Positions 1-9,867 of a stretch of DNA of 64,000 bases are shown here, piece by piece. Below the pieces are notes generated by a model that was not told the DNA's origin, made no database searches, and worked only from the letters and a program-made list of their open reading frames with translations. Source of the stretch: an uncultured delta proteobacterium (lineage in GTDB: Bacteria; Myxococcota_A; Polyangia; Polyangiales; JAFGIB01); the NCBI GenBank assembly GCA_963778655.1, contig CAVZVA010000010.1, forward strand, positions 448,001 to 512,000. The letters are read 5' to 3'. A program made the position numbers and the translations under genes. Within the stretch, counting starts at the first letter, position 1. The number at the start of each line of letters is the position of its first letter.

Positions 1-2
1 GC

Positions 3-377
3 GCCTACCGCATCCGCGACGGGCAGATCACCCAGATCACTCGCGACCACTCGCTGATCAACGACTACCTGATGATGATGCCCGACATGCCCAAAGAAGC
101 GATGGAGGTGCTGCCGAAGAACGTGATCACGCGCGCGCTCGGCATGCAGGACTCGGTGGTGGTGGACCTGGCGACCGAGGACGTGCAGGAGGGCGATCGC
201 TTCCTGCTGTGCTCCGACGGCTTGAGCGGCCAGGTCAGCGACGAGCGCATCTGCGAGATCGTGAGCCAGCACGCAGCCGACTTGGAGGAGGCCGCGCGCA
301 TTCTGGTGCAGGAGTCCAACGACGCCGGCGGCGAGGACAACGTCACCGTGGTTCTGATCGGGGTGGACCCCGACTGA
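3..377 (+). CDS. PP2C-family Ser/Thr protein phosphatase, 5' truncated by window edge
   Basis: Frame open from nt 3: QITRDHS, NVITRALG, FLLCSDGL and GGEDNVTV are PP2C motifs. Confidence 0.92.
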   Translation, partial: AYRIRDGQITQITRDHSLINDYLMMMPDMPKEAMEVLPKNVITRALGMQDSVVVDLATEDVQEGDRFLLCSDGLSGQVSDERICEIVSQHAADLEEAARILVQESNDAGGEDNVTVVLIGVDPD

Positions 378-460
378 GCGGCTGCGCGCCGCGCCCGCGG
401 CCCCCGCGCCCAACCGCGCTGATGGCGCGGCTTCGGTTATGCGCTAGAGTCCCCGGCGCC

Positions 461-967
461 GTGCGCTACACCATCACCCATACCTTCAACACCGACGTCG
501 ACACGTTCTGGGACAAGTTGTTCTTCGACCCAGAGTACAACCAGGCGCTGTTCCAGGAGCACCTCCGCTTCAATCTCTACCGCGTGCTGGAGCTCGACCG
601 CCGTGCAGACGGCTCGATCCACCGCCGCGTCGAGTGTGCGCCCCCGATCGAGCTGCCGGCGGTCGCCAAGAAGGTGGTGGGCGACAGCACCAGCTATGTC
701 GAGGACGGCGTGTTCGACCCCAAGAGCCGCCGCTTCACGATCGAGGTGACGCCCAAAGTCGGCGCCGACAAGATCCAAACCCACCTGGTGCTGTGGGCGG
801 AGCCGCGCGGCGACAAGAGGCTCGAGCGTATCGTGGAAGTGGACAACAGCGTCAAGGTGTTCGGCGTCGGCAAGGTGCTCGAGCTGTTCATCGAGAAGCA
901 ATCGCGCGCGACCTATGACTCGGCGGCCGAGTTCACCAATCGCTGGATCGCGGACAAGGGCTTGTAA
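461..967 (+). CDS. DUF2505-like (SRPBCC-type) hypothetical protein
   Basis: GTG start at 461 (VRYTITHTF...), clean coding pattern; family assignment from resemblance only. Confidence 0.65.
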   Translation: MRYTITHTFNTDVDTFWDKLFFDPEYNQALFQEHLRFNLYRVLELDRRADGSIHRRVECAPPIELPAVAKKVVGDSTSYVEDGVFDPKSRRFTIEVTPKVGADKIQTHLVLWAEPRGDKRLERIVEVDNSVKVFGVGKVLELFIEKQSRATYDSAAEFTNRWIADKGL

Positions 968-989
968 CCGAAGACGAGCGGGGCACGAC

Positions 990-1946
990 GTGCGTTTCGT
1001 GGTGATCATGGATCCTCCCTCGACCGTGAAGGTCGACGAGGACACCTCGTTCGCGCTCATGTTGGAGGCGCAGGCGCGCGGTCACCGCGTGGACCATTGC
1101 CTGCAGCGCGACCTCTACCTGGACGGCGGCAAGCTGTTCGCGACGGTGCGTCGGGCCACCCTGCAGCGCGTGGCCGCGCAGCCGATCACGCTGGACGCGG
1201 CCGAGGAGCTGTGCCTGCACGACGCAGACGCGATCTTCGTACGCACCGACCCGCCCTTCGACAGCGACTACCTGTGGTGCACGTTGATGCTCGACCGGGT
1301 GAAGGCCGACACCCTGGTGGTCAACGATCCGCACGGCCTGCGCCAGGCCAACGAGAAGCTCTACGCCTGCTACTTCCCGGAGCTGATGCCACGCACGCTG
1401 GTCAGCAGCGACAAGGCCAAGATCAAGCAGTTCGTCGCGGCGGTCGGCGGCAAGGCGGTGATCAAGCCGCTCGGCGGCGCCGGTGGCGAAGGCGTGCTCG
1501 CGCTCAGCTTGGGCGACCTCAACCTCAACACGCTGATCGAGCTGAGCACCCTCAACGGCAGGCGCGTGGCCATGGCCCAGGAGTTCCTGCCGGCTGTGCG
1601 TGAGGGCGACAAGCGCATCCTGCTGCTGCGCGGCGAGCCGCTCGGCGCGATCCTGCGGGTGCCGCAGAAGGACGACGTGCGCAGCAACATCCACGTAGGC
1701 GGCTCGGTGGTCGGGGCCAGCGTCACCGCCGAAGAACGCGTGATCATCGACACCCTCCGGCCACGCCTACTGCAGGACGGCTTGCACTTCGTCGGCCTGG
1801 ACGTGATCGGCGGCAAGCTGACCGAGATCAACGTGACCAGCCCGACCGGAATCCAGCAAATGTCACACCTGGACGGCGTCAACCACTGCGAGCCGGTGCT
1901 GCGCTGGGTCGAGCAGCAGGTCGAAGAGCGAGAACAGGCTCGCTGA
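990..1946 (+). CDS. gshB: Glutathione synthetase
   Basis: MDP..DTSFALMLEAQARGH, RTDPPFD, ANEKL, GDKRI, RSNIHVGG and EINVTSPTG motifs; GTG start at 990. Confidence 0.95.
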   Translation: MRFVVIMDPPSTVKVDEDTSFALMLEAQARGHRVDHCLQRDLYLDGGKLFATVRRATLQRVAAQPITLDAAEELCLHDADAIFVRTDPPFDSDYLWCTLMLDRVKADTLVVNDPHGLRQANEKLYACYFPELMPRTLVSSDKAKIKQFVAAVGGKAVIKPLGGAGGEGVLALSLGDLNLNTLIELSTLNGRRVAMAQEFLPAVREGDKRILLLRGEPLGAILRVPQKDDVRSNIHVGGSVVGASVTAEERVIIDTLRPRLLQDGLHFVGLDVIGGKLTEINVTSPTGIQQMSHLDGVNHCEPVLRWVEQQVEEREQAR

Positions 1947-1954
1947 GCGCTCTA

Positions 1955-3250
1955 CTACTGCGCCGGCGGCGGCGCGCTGCTGGCGGGGAGGCGCAGCTCG
2001 GAGAGCACCCCGCGCGCCGCGTCGAGCGAGACGTCGCCGGCGGCGTGGATGCGCGCCGCCACGCGCTCGACCTCGGGGCCGATCGCGCCGGCCGCGGTCG
2101 CGACCGAGCGCGCGTGCAGCGCCATGTGCCCGCGCTGGATGCCCTCGGTGGCGAGCGCGCGCAGCGCCGCGAGATTGCTGGCCATGCCGATGCTGGCCGC
2201 GACCATCGCGAGCTCGGTGGCCGAGCCCACGCTGACGATGCGTAGACCCATGCGCGCGCCGTCGTGCACGCGCGACGGACCGCCCACCGTGCCGAGCGAG
2301 AGCGGCAGCTCGAGCTCACCGGCGAGGTCTTCGCCCTGGCGCTTCCACACACACAGCGGCTCGTAGCGGCCGTTGCGCGCGGCGTACGCATGCGCTCCGG
2401 ACTCGACCGCGCGCCAATCGTTGCCGGTGGCGATCACGACCGCGTCGAGCCCATTCATGAAGCCCTTGTTGTGGGTGGTGGCGCGGTAGGGGTCGCGCTC
2501 CGCGAAGCGCGAGGCGCGCACGATGCCGTCGCGCACCTCGGCCCCGCTGAAGCCGTTGCCGGCGAGCGCGGCTGCCGGCACGCGGCAGCGCACGCGGACC
2601 CGGCGCTGGTCGCACAGGTTCGAGAGGATGCGCAGCCCCAGCGTTCCGCCGCACAGCTCCACAATCCGCTCGGCCAGGCCCTCGGCCACGGTGTTGACCA
2701 GGTTCGCGCCCATCGCATCGCGGCAGTCGACGTAGAGGTGCACCACCAGCATGCCGTCGCCGAGATCGCGCGGCTCGATGCCGCGCATGCCGCCGCCGCG
2801 GCGCACCAGGTTGGGTACTTGGGCGTCACCCAGCGCGCACAGCTCGCCCTGGTGCTTGCGCAGCAGGTCGCAGGCGCGGGCGGCGTCGGGCACGTCGTCG
2901 AGCTGGACCTGGGCGGTCATGACCGGCGCGTCGGCCTCGGCCTCGAAGCCGCCGCCTTCGCGGATCATGCGTGCGGCATTGGAGGCCGCGGCGACGACCG
3001 ACGGCTCCTCGACCACCATCGGCACGATGTAGTCGGTGCCGTTGACCTTGACGTTGAGCGCCAGGGCGAACGGCAGCGAGAAGGTGCCGACCACGTTCTC
3101 GATGATCTTGTCGGCTTGCTCGCTGAGCAGCCCGCCTTCGAGGGCCGCGCCGAGCTCGTCGGGGTGGATGCCAAGGGTGTCTGCGGCGACCTTGCGCCGC
3201 TCTTCAATCGATAGCTTGTAGAATCCGGGCCACCTCGAATTGCGCTGCAT
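1955..3250 (-). CDS. mvaA: HMG-CoA reductase, class II
   Basis: ENVVG, EEPSVVAA, DAMGAN, THNKG, GNDWRA and GIQRGHMALH motifs. Confidence 0.95.
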   Translation of the reverse strand: MQRNSRWPGFYKLSIEERRKVAADTLGIHPDELGAALEGGLLSEQADKIIENVVGTFSLPFALALNVKVNGTDYIVPMVVEEPSVVAAASNAARMIREGGGFEAEADAPVMTAQVQLDDVPDAARACDLLRKHQGELCALGDAQVPNLVRRGGGMRGIEPRDLGDGMLVVHLYVDCRDAMGANLVNTVAEGLAERIVELCGGTLGLRILSNLCDQRRVRVRCRVPAAALAGNGFSGAEVRDGIVRASRFAERDPYRATTHNKGFMNGLDAVVIATGNDWRAVESGAHAYAARNGRYEPLCVWKRQGEDLAGELELPLSLGTVGGPSRVHDGARMGLRIVSVGSATELAMVAASIGMASNLAALRALATEGIQRGHMALHARSVATAAGAIGPEVERVAARIHAAGDVSLDAARGVLSELRLPASSAPPPAQ

Positions 3251-4203
3251 TACGCCGACTCCTCATCGCGTTCCCCTGTGACCCCAAGCTCCAACGATAG
3301 TACTTCGAAACCAGCAGCCGCACACCCCACCCGGAAGCTATCGGCTGCATTAGCATTGGAAAACGCGGCAATCACGATGTCTCCGCCGCCCGCGCCGGAG
3401 GGCTTGGCAGCCCCGCCGTGCGCGCGCGCGAGCGCCCGCAGGCGAGCGGTTGTGTCATCTACGATACTGATCCCGGCGGCCTCACCCAGCTCAGCCATGG
3501 CGCTTCCGCACTCGTGGACGCTGTCCAGGGCCGCTTCGATTTCGCCAGCAATCAAGGCCGATACGAGCTGCTCCGACTGTTCGGCCAGCGCCCGCATGCG
3601 CGCGCGATAGCCGGCCGGGTCGCCCGCTTCGAGCGCCCGGACCCGCTGCAACATGTCGCTGGTACGGACCTCCTTGCGCGTCCAGACCGGGACCAGCAGC
3701 AGGCCCTCGGGCCAGCGCAGCGCGTGGGTCTCCACGCCCACGGCGCCGAGCCTGCGGAAGCGCACGAACCCACCCAGCACCGCAGCCGCCACATCGGCGC
3801 CGCTGCCATCGGGCGCAACCGCCCGGTGCCCTTCGAGCGCCACTTGCAGCAGCCGCTCGCGTACCTCGGGCGCATTCGTGTCGAGCCCGCGCGCCGCGAA
3901 CACCACCCCGGCCGCCGCCGCGGACGCCGCCGCGGACGAGCCCAGCCCGAGCTTCTTGTCGCCTTGCCGCAACTCGCGCACGTCGAGCGAGAGCGCGAGC
4001 CCCGCGGATAGCGCGCCCGCGCTGCGCTCGGCCGCCGCGCGCGCGGCCAGCGCCTCCTTCGGCAGCTCGCCCTGCGCACCCGGCTCGAGGCGCGCGTACG
4101 CGCGGCGTCCTACCGCCGCGACCACCGCCTCGGCGCCGTCGAGCACCGCGTACTCGCCCGCGATCATCATCTTGCCCGGGGCGCTGGCGGCAACGCGGCG
4201 CAT
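3250..4203 (-). CDS. Phosphomevalonate kinase (GHMP family)
   Basis: APGKMMIAGEYAVL, KLGLGSSAA, GSGADVAA and KPSGAGGGD motifs; lies in the mevalonate operon; ATG at 4203. Confidence 0.85.
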   Translation of the reverse strand: MRRVAASAPGKMMIAGEYAVLDGAEAVVAAVGRRAYARLEPGAQGELPKEALAARAAAERSAGALSAGLALSLDVRELRQGDKKLGLGSSAAASAAAAGVVFAARGLDTNAPEVRERLLQVALEGHRAVAPDGSGADVAAAVLGGFVRFRRLGAVGVETHALRWPEGLLLVPVWTRKEVRTSDMLQRVRALEAGDPAGYRARMRALAEQSEQLVSALIAGEIEAALDSVHECGSAMAELGEAAGISIVDDTTARLRALARAHGGAAKPSGAGGGDIVIAAFSNANAADSFRVGCAAAGFEVLSLELGVTGERDEESA

Positions 4204-4205
4204 GC

Positions 4206-5201
4206 TCAGCTCGCGATCTCGACGCCCGCACCCGGCTCGCACACCAGCGTGCGCAGCACCCCCTCGGTCTGCTCGAGCGCGCGCTGCACGCGCTCGGCGT
4301 CGCCGGCGTGGCACAGCGCCTTGACGTGGGGACCGGCGTCAGCGGTCGCCCAGACCGCCACCTGCTGCTGGTCGCGTAGCGCGCGCACGCGCTCGAGCAC
4401 CGCCAGCGTGGCCGGGCGAAAGTAGACGATCGCCGGCGCCGCCGCCATCGCGCAGGCATGCATCGCCAGCGTGCTCTGTTCCATGGCGGCGCCCAGGCGC
4501 GGCAGATCGCGCGCCAGGATCGCCTCGCGCACCTCGGCCGCGAGCCGCGGCGAGACCTCGACCCAGGCGGCGTAGTACGGCGAGGTGCGCGCGGTATGCA
4601 GCATGCCGGTGGTCGAGCCGACCTGCTTGCGGCCCTCGCTGGTCACCGCCACCACCACGCGCAGCGGCCAGTGCTCGGGCGGGGCGATCTGCTGGGCTGC
4701 AAGCTCCACCTGCCCGCGCGAGGCCAGCGGCAGCTCCACGTAGCCGCCGAACGCGGAGCGCGCTGCCGACACCGAGGCTGCGCGCGCCAGCGCGCTGATC
4801 GCCGCGCGGTCGAACGGCAGCCCGGCTGCGGCGCGCGCCGCAGCCGCCAGCGCGGCAAAACCAGAAGCGCTCGAGGCCAGGCCGGAAGCGGTCGGGAAGT
4901 CATTGCTGCTTTCGACCTGTGCGTGCAGCGTCAACCCGGCCTTGCGTCGCACCGCATCGAGCAGCTTGCACACGCGCGCGGTCTCCTTGGGATCGGCGGG
5001 CTTGCCGTCGAGCTCGAAGCTGTCGGCGTGCAAGCCCGTCGAAAAGCGCACGCGGGTGCGCGTGGTCAGCGGATCGAGCGTGATCGACACGCTCGGCACC
5101 GCCGGCAGGTTGAGCTTCTCGTCCGCCTTGCCCCAGTACTTGGCCAGCGCGATGTTGGCGCGGGCGAGCGCGCGCGCCTCGAGCTGTGCTCCATCGCTCA
5201 T
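4206..5201 (-). CDS. mvaD: Diphosphomevalonate decarboxylase
   Basis: NIALAKYWGK, PTASGLASSASGFAAL and DAGPHVK motifs. Confidence 0.93.
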   Translation of the reverse strand: MSDGAQLEARALARANIALAKYWGKADEKLNLPAVPSVSITLDPLTTRTRVRFSTGLHADSFELDGKPADPKETARVCKLLDAVRRKAGLTLHAQVESSNDFPTASGLASSASGFAALAAAARAAAGLPFDRAAISALARAASVSAARSAFGGYVELPLASRGQVELAAQQIAPPEHWPLRVVVAVTSEGRKQVGSTTGMLHTARTSPYYAAWVEVSPRLAAEVREAILARDLPRLGAAMEQSTLAMHACAMAAAPAIVYFRPATLAVLERVRALRDQQQVAVWATADAGPHVKALCHAGDAERVQRALEQTEGVLRTLVCEPGAGVEIAS

Positions 5202-5244
5202 CGCGCCTGATCCTGTCCGGGCAAAGCCCGCGTACGGCTCCGCT

Positions 5245-6162
5245 TCATGGCCCCACCTCGGCTACGAAGCTGCTGCGGCCCAGCGCGGCAAGTGCCTCCT
5301 GCACGCGCTGCGCCTGCTCCGCGTTCTCGCACAGCGCGATCATGCACCCGCCGCCGCCACCGCCGGTGAGCTTGGCGCCGAGCGCGCCGGCCTTTTCCGC
5401 GGCCTGGCACATCTCCTCCAGTCGCGTGGTCGACAGCATCAGGCCGACCAACAGCTTCTGGTTGAGCACCATCAACTGGCCGAGCCGCCACAGCTCGCCG
5501 GCAGCGAGCGCGCTCTTGGCGTTGACCACGATGGCTTCCATCCCGTCGAAGATCTGCTCGACCCTGGCCAGGTTCTGCAGGTGCTGGCGGCCGACCGAGG
5601 CCACGGTCGAGGCCGTGTCGCCGGCCTGCGCGCTGTCGCCCACCACCAGCGTGAGCTTGCGCCCGACTTTGAGCGGCTCAAGTGGGCTGCCCTTGCGGAA
5701 CAACGCCACGCCGCCGTGACTGGCCAACGCGGTGTCGATGCCCGAAGGGTTGCCGTGGAACACGCGCTCGGCGCTCAGCGCGGCCTCGGCCACCTGCGCC
5801 GGCTCGCGCGCGATGCCCAGCGCCTGGTCGAGCGCGCGCACGATCGCCACGCTGAGCGCAGCCGAGCTGCCGAGGCCGGCGGAGCTGGGCAGGGAAACAC
5901 GCGCCTGCACGCACAGCGCGGGCCGCTGCCCGTAGAGATCGAGCAGCGCGCAGAACGCTTCGCGCAGCATCTCGCCGGGCCGGTCGGCCTGCTTTGCGTC
6001 CGCGTCGAAGGCCACGCCCCAGGGCTCGATCTCGAGCCGCGGGCGCGGGGCGGGGCGGGCCTCGGCCTCGACCCCGCGCGGCAGCGCCGCGGCAATCGCC
6101 GGCCGGCCGTGCACCACGCCGTGCTCGCCGAACAGGATCAGCTTGCCGTGCCCAAAGGCCAT
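5245..6162 (-). CDS. mvk: Mevalonate kinase
   Basis: GKLILFGEHGVVHG, GLGSSAA, HGNPSGID and AKLTGGGGGG motifs. Confidence 0.93.
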   Translation of the reverse strand: MAFGHGKLILFGEHGVVHGRPAIAAALPRGVEAEARPAPRPRLEIEPWGVAFDADAKQADRPGEMLREAFCALLDLYGQRPALCVQARVSLPSSAGLGSSAALSVAIVRALDQALGIAREPAQVAEAALSAERVFHGNPSGIDTALASHGGVALFRKGSPLEPLKVGRKLTLVVGDSAQAGDTASTVASVGRQHLQNLARVEQIFDGMEAIVVNAKSALAAGELWRLGQLMVLNQKLLVGLMLSTTRLEEMCQAAEKAGALGAKLTGGGGGGCMIALCENAEQAQRVQEALAALGRSSFVAEVGP

Positions 6163-6290
6163 CGCGCAGTCTTAGCCAGCCCCGGGCCGGGAGCGCAAGG
6201 CCACGGCTCGGGACGGTCGGCGCCCTGCACAACGGACGCGCGGCTGCGCCCGCACTTGACCCGGGGGGCGGCGGTGGCTAGAGGGCGGCC

Positions 6291-6737
6291 ATGGCCCAGG
6301 GTCTCGCCGCCAGGTTGATGCTGCCCGAAGGCGCGCCGACCAGCAGCGTCGAGTATCGCGTCCCGTTCTACGACACCGACGCGATGGGCGTGGTGCACCA
6401 CGCCAACTACGTGCGCTACCTCGAGCTGGCGCGCGTACGCTTCCTGCAGGAGCACGACCAGCCCTACGGCCGCTACGTCGAGCAGGGCATCCACGTGGTG
6501 GTAACGCGGGTCGAGATCCAGCTGCGCAGGGCCACGCGCTTCGACGAGCTGCTCAGCGTCACCGGCTGGCTCGAACGCGTGCGTCACGCCTCCTTCGGCT
6601 TCGGCTACCAGATCCGGTGCGGCCAGGAGCTTGCCGCCGTCGCGACCACCCAGCACGCCGTGGTCGACCTGCAAGGCAACCTCCAGCGCATGAGCGCGGA
6701 GCACCGCGCGAGGTTGCTGGCGCTGGTCGCGGGCTGA
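6291..6737 (+). CDS. Acyl-CoA thioesterase (YbgC/4HBT hotdog family)
   Basis: RVPFYDTDAMGVVHHANYVRYLELAR motif. Confidence 0.88.
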   Translation: MAQGLAARLMLPEGAPTSSVEYRVPFYDTDAMGVVHHANYVRYLELARVRFLQEHDQPYGRYVEQGIHVVVTRVEIQLRRATRFDELLSVTGWLERVRHASFGFGYQIRCGQELAAVATTQHAVVDLQGNLQRMSAEHRARLLALVAG

Positions 6738-6903
6738 GCGTCGCGCCCGCCGGCCAAAACGTCCAACCCAGTTGTCGCCCGTCGCCTGGTAGCGCGCGGC
6801 GAACGGGCCGCGTCTCGGTGTGGTTTCTGCCGTTTTCCAGGGAAGCGAGGTGTGTCGCCTCAGCTTCACTTTTGCACCTGACTGACCTACGCTCGCGCCG
6901 CAG

Positions 6904-9069
6904 TTGGCTTCGAGCTTGGTGTTGAGCACAAAGCGTCCCATCAAGGTAGCAATTGTCGGAGGCGGCTGCGCCGGCGTGACAGCGGCGTTCGAGCTGACTC
7001 GCCCCGAGCATGCCGGCAAGTATCAGATCACGCTCTACCAGCAAGGTTGGCGCTTGGGGGGCAAGGGAGCTTCAGGGCGCGGGCCTGCCGACCGGATCGA
7101 GGAGCATGGGCTCCATCTCTGGTTCGGGTTCTACGAAAATGCCTTCCGTCTGGTGCGCGAGTGCTACGAAGAGCTTGCCCGCAATCCCGAGCGCTGCCGG
7201 ATCGCGGGATGGCAAGACGCGTTCAAGCCCGATCCGTTCTGCGGCGTGATGGAACGCTCTGCTAGCGGCACTTGGTCACCGTGGATCGTGCAGTTCCCGC
7301 CGGTACCCGGCCTTCCTGGGGATCGCGACGGCTCGCCGGCCCGCTGGACGGTTGCGGATTATCTACAGCGCGCGATCGCACTGGTCCGAGCGCTGCTCGA
7401 AACGATTCGGGCGGGTGTCGAGGACGAAGCCGCCAGGGTTGCCCCGAGGACCAGCAGCTCGGTCGGGGCCGCGCCGGGTCAGCTGGCGCAGACGATGGAA
7501 CGGCTCATGCGCTATGGCGGCCTGACCGGGCTCGCGGGCCTAATTCAAGGGCTGGACGTGTTGGACGAGGTGGCGCGTCTGCTGCCTCGCTTTCCGAGCG
7601 ACGCCATCTTGAGCTTCCACGCCGCGCTTGCAGACTCCGCGCGTGCCGAAATCGAGCGGATGACGGACCGGGACCAAGGGTTAGGGCGTCTCTGGGAAGT
7701 CATGGATGTGGTGCTCGCTACAATTCGCGGCATCATTCGCCACCGACTTGTCATCGATCCGAAAGGTTTCGACGCGATCGACCACTTCGAGTGTCGCGAA
7801 TGGTTGACGCTGAACGGCGCCTCCGAGCGGTCGGTGCAAGGCTCGTTTTTGCGCGCCCACTACGACCTCGCGTTTGCTTACGAGGACGGCGACGTGACGC
7901 GCCCGCGCATGGCGGCGGGGCAAGCCGTTCGCGCGGCGCTGCGCGCGTTCTTCACCTACCGCGGCTCGTTCTTCTGGAAGATGCAGGCCGGGATGGGAGA
8001 TGTCGTCTTTGCCCCGTTCTACGAGGTGCTGGAACGACGCGGCGTGAAATTCGAATTCTTTCACCGGCTGCGCAACCTGGGTCTGAGGTCGTCCCGTTCG
8101 GATGGGCCGCACATCGCGACCCTGGATTTCGACGTACAGGCCAAGGTCAGGACGCAGAAGTACGAGCCGCTCGTCGATGTCCGGGGCTTGCCCTGTTGGC
8201 CGGCGCAGCCGGACTGGCGGCAGCTCGCCGACGGTGAGCGCCTGAGACGCGAGGGCAGGCGTTTCGAGTCGCACTGGGATTCGCGCAACTCGGGGACCAA
8301 GGTTCTACACGTTGGCCGCGACTTCGACTTGGTCGTGCTTGCGGTCGGTCTTGGCGCCGTGCCGTACGTGTGCCGCGAGATCATCGCGCGTGACAAGCGC
8401 TGGCAACGGATGGTATCGAAAGTCCAATCGGTTCCAACCCAGGCTCTGCAGCTCTGGCTCAGCAAGGACGTCCATCAGCTCGGCTGGAAGGGACCCTCGC
8501 TCAACATTTCCTGCTACGTTGAGCCTTTCGATACCTGGGCCGACATGCCGCAGCTAGTTGCAGAGGAACACTTCCCCCGCCCCGTCCGGGCGGTCGCGTA
8601 CTTCTGCAGTGTGCTCGGCGACGCCCCAGCGGAAGAGATCCGTCGCCCCGACTACCCGGAGACCCGTCGTAAGGAGGTGCGACAGAACGCCATCGAGTAT
8701 CTGCAACGCGATGTCTCCGCATTGTGGCCCAGAGCGATCGACGGTCGAGGGCGATTTCGCTGGAATCTGTTGGTATCTCCCGAAGCTTCGGCTTCAGGGA
8801 AAGCCGACGAATCGCGAATCGACTCGCAATATTGGACGGCTAACGTGGAGCCATCCGACCGCTACTGCTTGAGCTTGCCGGACAGCAGTCGGTTCAGAAT
8901 CTCACCTCTGGATCGAACCTACGACAATCTTACGGTAGCTGGTGATTGGACGAGCTGCGGCTTCAACGAGGGCTGCGTCGAAGCCGCGGTAATGTCTGGG
9001 CGGTTGGCAGCACACGCGCTCTCGCAATCTCCTCCGCTCGAAGAGATCGTCGGCTTCGATCATCCATGA
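6904..9069 (+). CDS. Large FAD/NAD(P)-binding oxidoreductase (flavin amine oxidase / carotenoid desaturase-like superfamily)
   Basis: N-terminal VAIVGGGCAG, RLGGKGASGR and EEHGLH; C-terminal NLTVAGDWT..GCVEAAVMSG; exact start (6904-6922) uncertain. Confidence 0.8.
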   Translation: MASSLVLSTKRPIKVAIVGGGCAGVTAAFELTRPEHAGKYQITLYQQGWRLGGKGASGRGPADRIEEHGLHLWFGFYENAFRLVRECYEELARNPERCRIAGWQDAFKPDPFCGVMERSASGTWSPWIVQFPPVPGLPGDRDGSPARWTVADYLQRAIALVRALLETIRAGVEDEAARVAPRTSSSVGAAPGQLAQTMERLMRYGGLTGLAGLIQGLDVLDEVARLLPRFPSDAILSFHAALADSARAEIERMTDRDQGLGRLWEVMDVVLATIRGIIRHRLVIDPKGFDAIDHFECREWLTLNGASERSVQGSFLRAHYDLAFAYEDGDVTRPRMAAGQAVRAALRAFFTYRGSFFWKMQAGMGDVVFAPFYEVLERRGVKFEFFHRLRNLGLRSSRSDGPHIATLDFDVQAKVRTQKYEPLVDVRGLPCWPAQPDWRQLADGERLRREGRRFESHWDSRNSGTKVLHVGRDFDLVVLAVGLGAVPYVCREIIARDKRWQRMVSKVQSVPTQALQLWLSKDVHQLGWKGPSLNISCYVEPFDTWADMPQLVAEEHFPRPVRAVAYFCSVLGDAPAEEIRRPDYPETRRKEVRQNAIEYLQRDVSALWPRAIDGRGRFRWNLLVSPEASASGKADESRIDSQYWTANVEPSDRYCLSLPDSSRFRISPLDRTYDNLTVAGDWTSCGFNEGCVEAAVMSGRLAAHALSQSPPLEEIVGFDHP

Positions 9070-9088
9070 ACCCGCAGGTAAAGGAGCT

Positions 9089-9850
9089 ATGAACCGCACC
9101 AACTCGCGCTCGCGGAAGCGATCCGCAAGGGTGAAGCGGCCGGAGCTGCCCCGAACCGAACCGCTGCGTTCCTGGTCTGGCATCTTCGGAGCGGATGCGG
9201 CCCGCGCTGGCGCGCAGAGCGAGCAAGCTCCGGCCGGACGAAGTAGGTCCGCGGACCCGGTCCAGCGCGGCGTGGAGCTCGGATATCGCGTGATCGACGA
9301 ATACATGAAGCAAGGTGCCGCGGTCGCGAATGCCTTCGGAGGTCCTCGCGCGAAACACGTGGCATCCGGCGACGACCTTCCGAAAATGACCCAACGCATG
9401 ATGCAGTACGCCTCCGACTTCACCGCATTGTGGTTCGATGCGATGGGCCTGATGATGAACGCCGCGGAGCGGCAGTCGGGGCCGAGCACGGGCGCACCGG
9501 GGTCCGGAGCCGGCAAAGCCGGCTCTGCTTCACGCGCATCGCAGCGCGTGGCTACGGGTGCAGGCCGATCGCGCCTTGTGCTCGAGGTGCGGTCGCCGAA
9601 AGCGGCCGAGATCATCGTGGCGCTCGACGAGCCGTTGGACGGCCCCCTGCGGGTCGAGCCTCTTCGTGCGCGCTCCGGCTCCCAGAAGATCACAGAGGTT
9701 TCGGTCGAACCGCGCTCGGACCCTGCCGGGCCGTTGAAAGTGCGTGTGCACGTGCCGGATCGCTTACGACCGGACCGCTACACGGGCGTGATTCTGGATG
9801 CCGCGACCGGGCATCCAAGGGGACGCCTTACGGTCACGGTCGCCAAATGA
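9089..9850 (+). CDS. Hypothetical protein with helical middle and beta-rich C-terminus
   Basis: AAAGGAG RBS before the ATG; fills the gap between co-oriented genes. Confidence 0.75.
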   Translation: MNRTNSRSRKRSARVKRPELPRTEPLRSWSGIFGADAARAGAQSEQAPAGRSRSADPVQRGVELGYRVIDEYMKQGAAVANAFGGPRAKHVASGDDLPKMTQRMMQYASDFTALWFDAMGLMMNAAERQSGPSTGAPGSGAGKAGSASRASQRVATGAGRSRLVLEVRSPKAAEIIVALDEPLDGPLRVEPLRARSGSQKITEVSVEPRSDPAGPLKVRVHVPDRLRPDRYTGVILDAATGHPRGRLTVTVAK

Positions 9851-9867
9851 GGATCGAGCGCTGAGCT

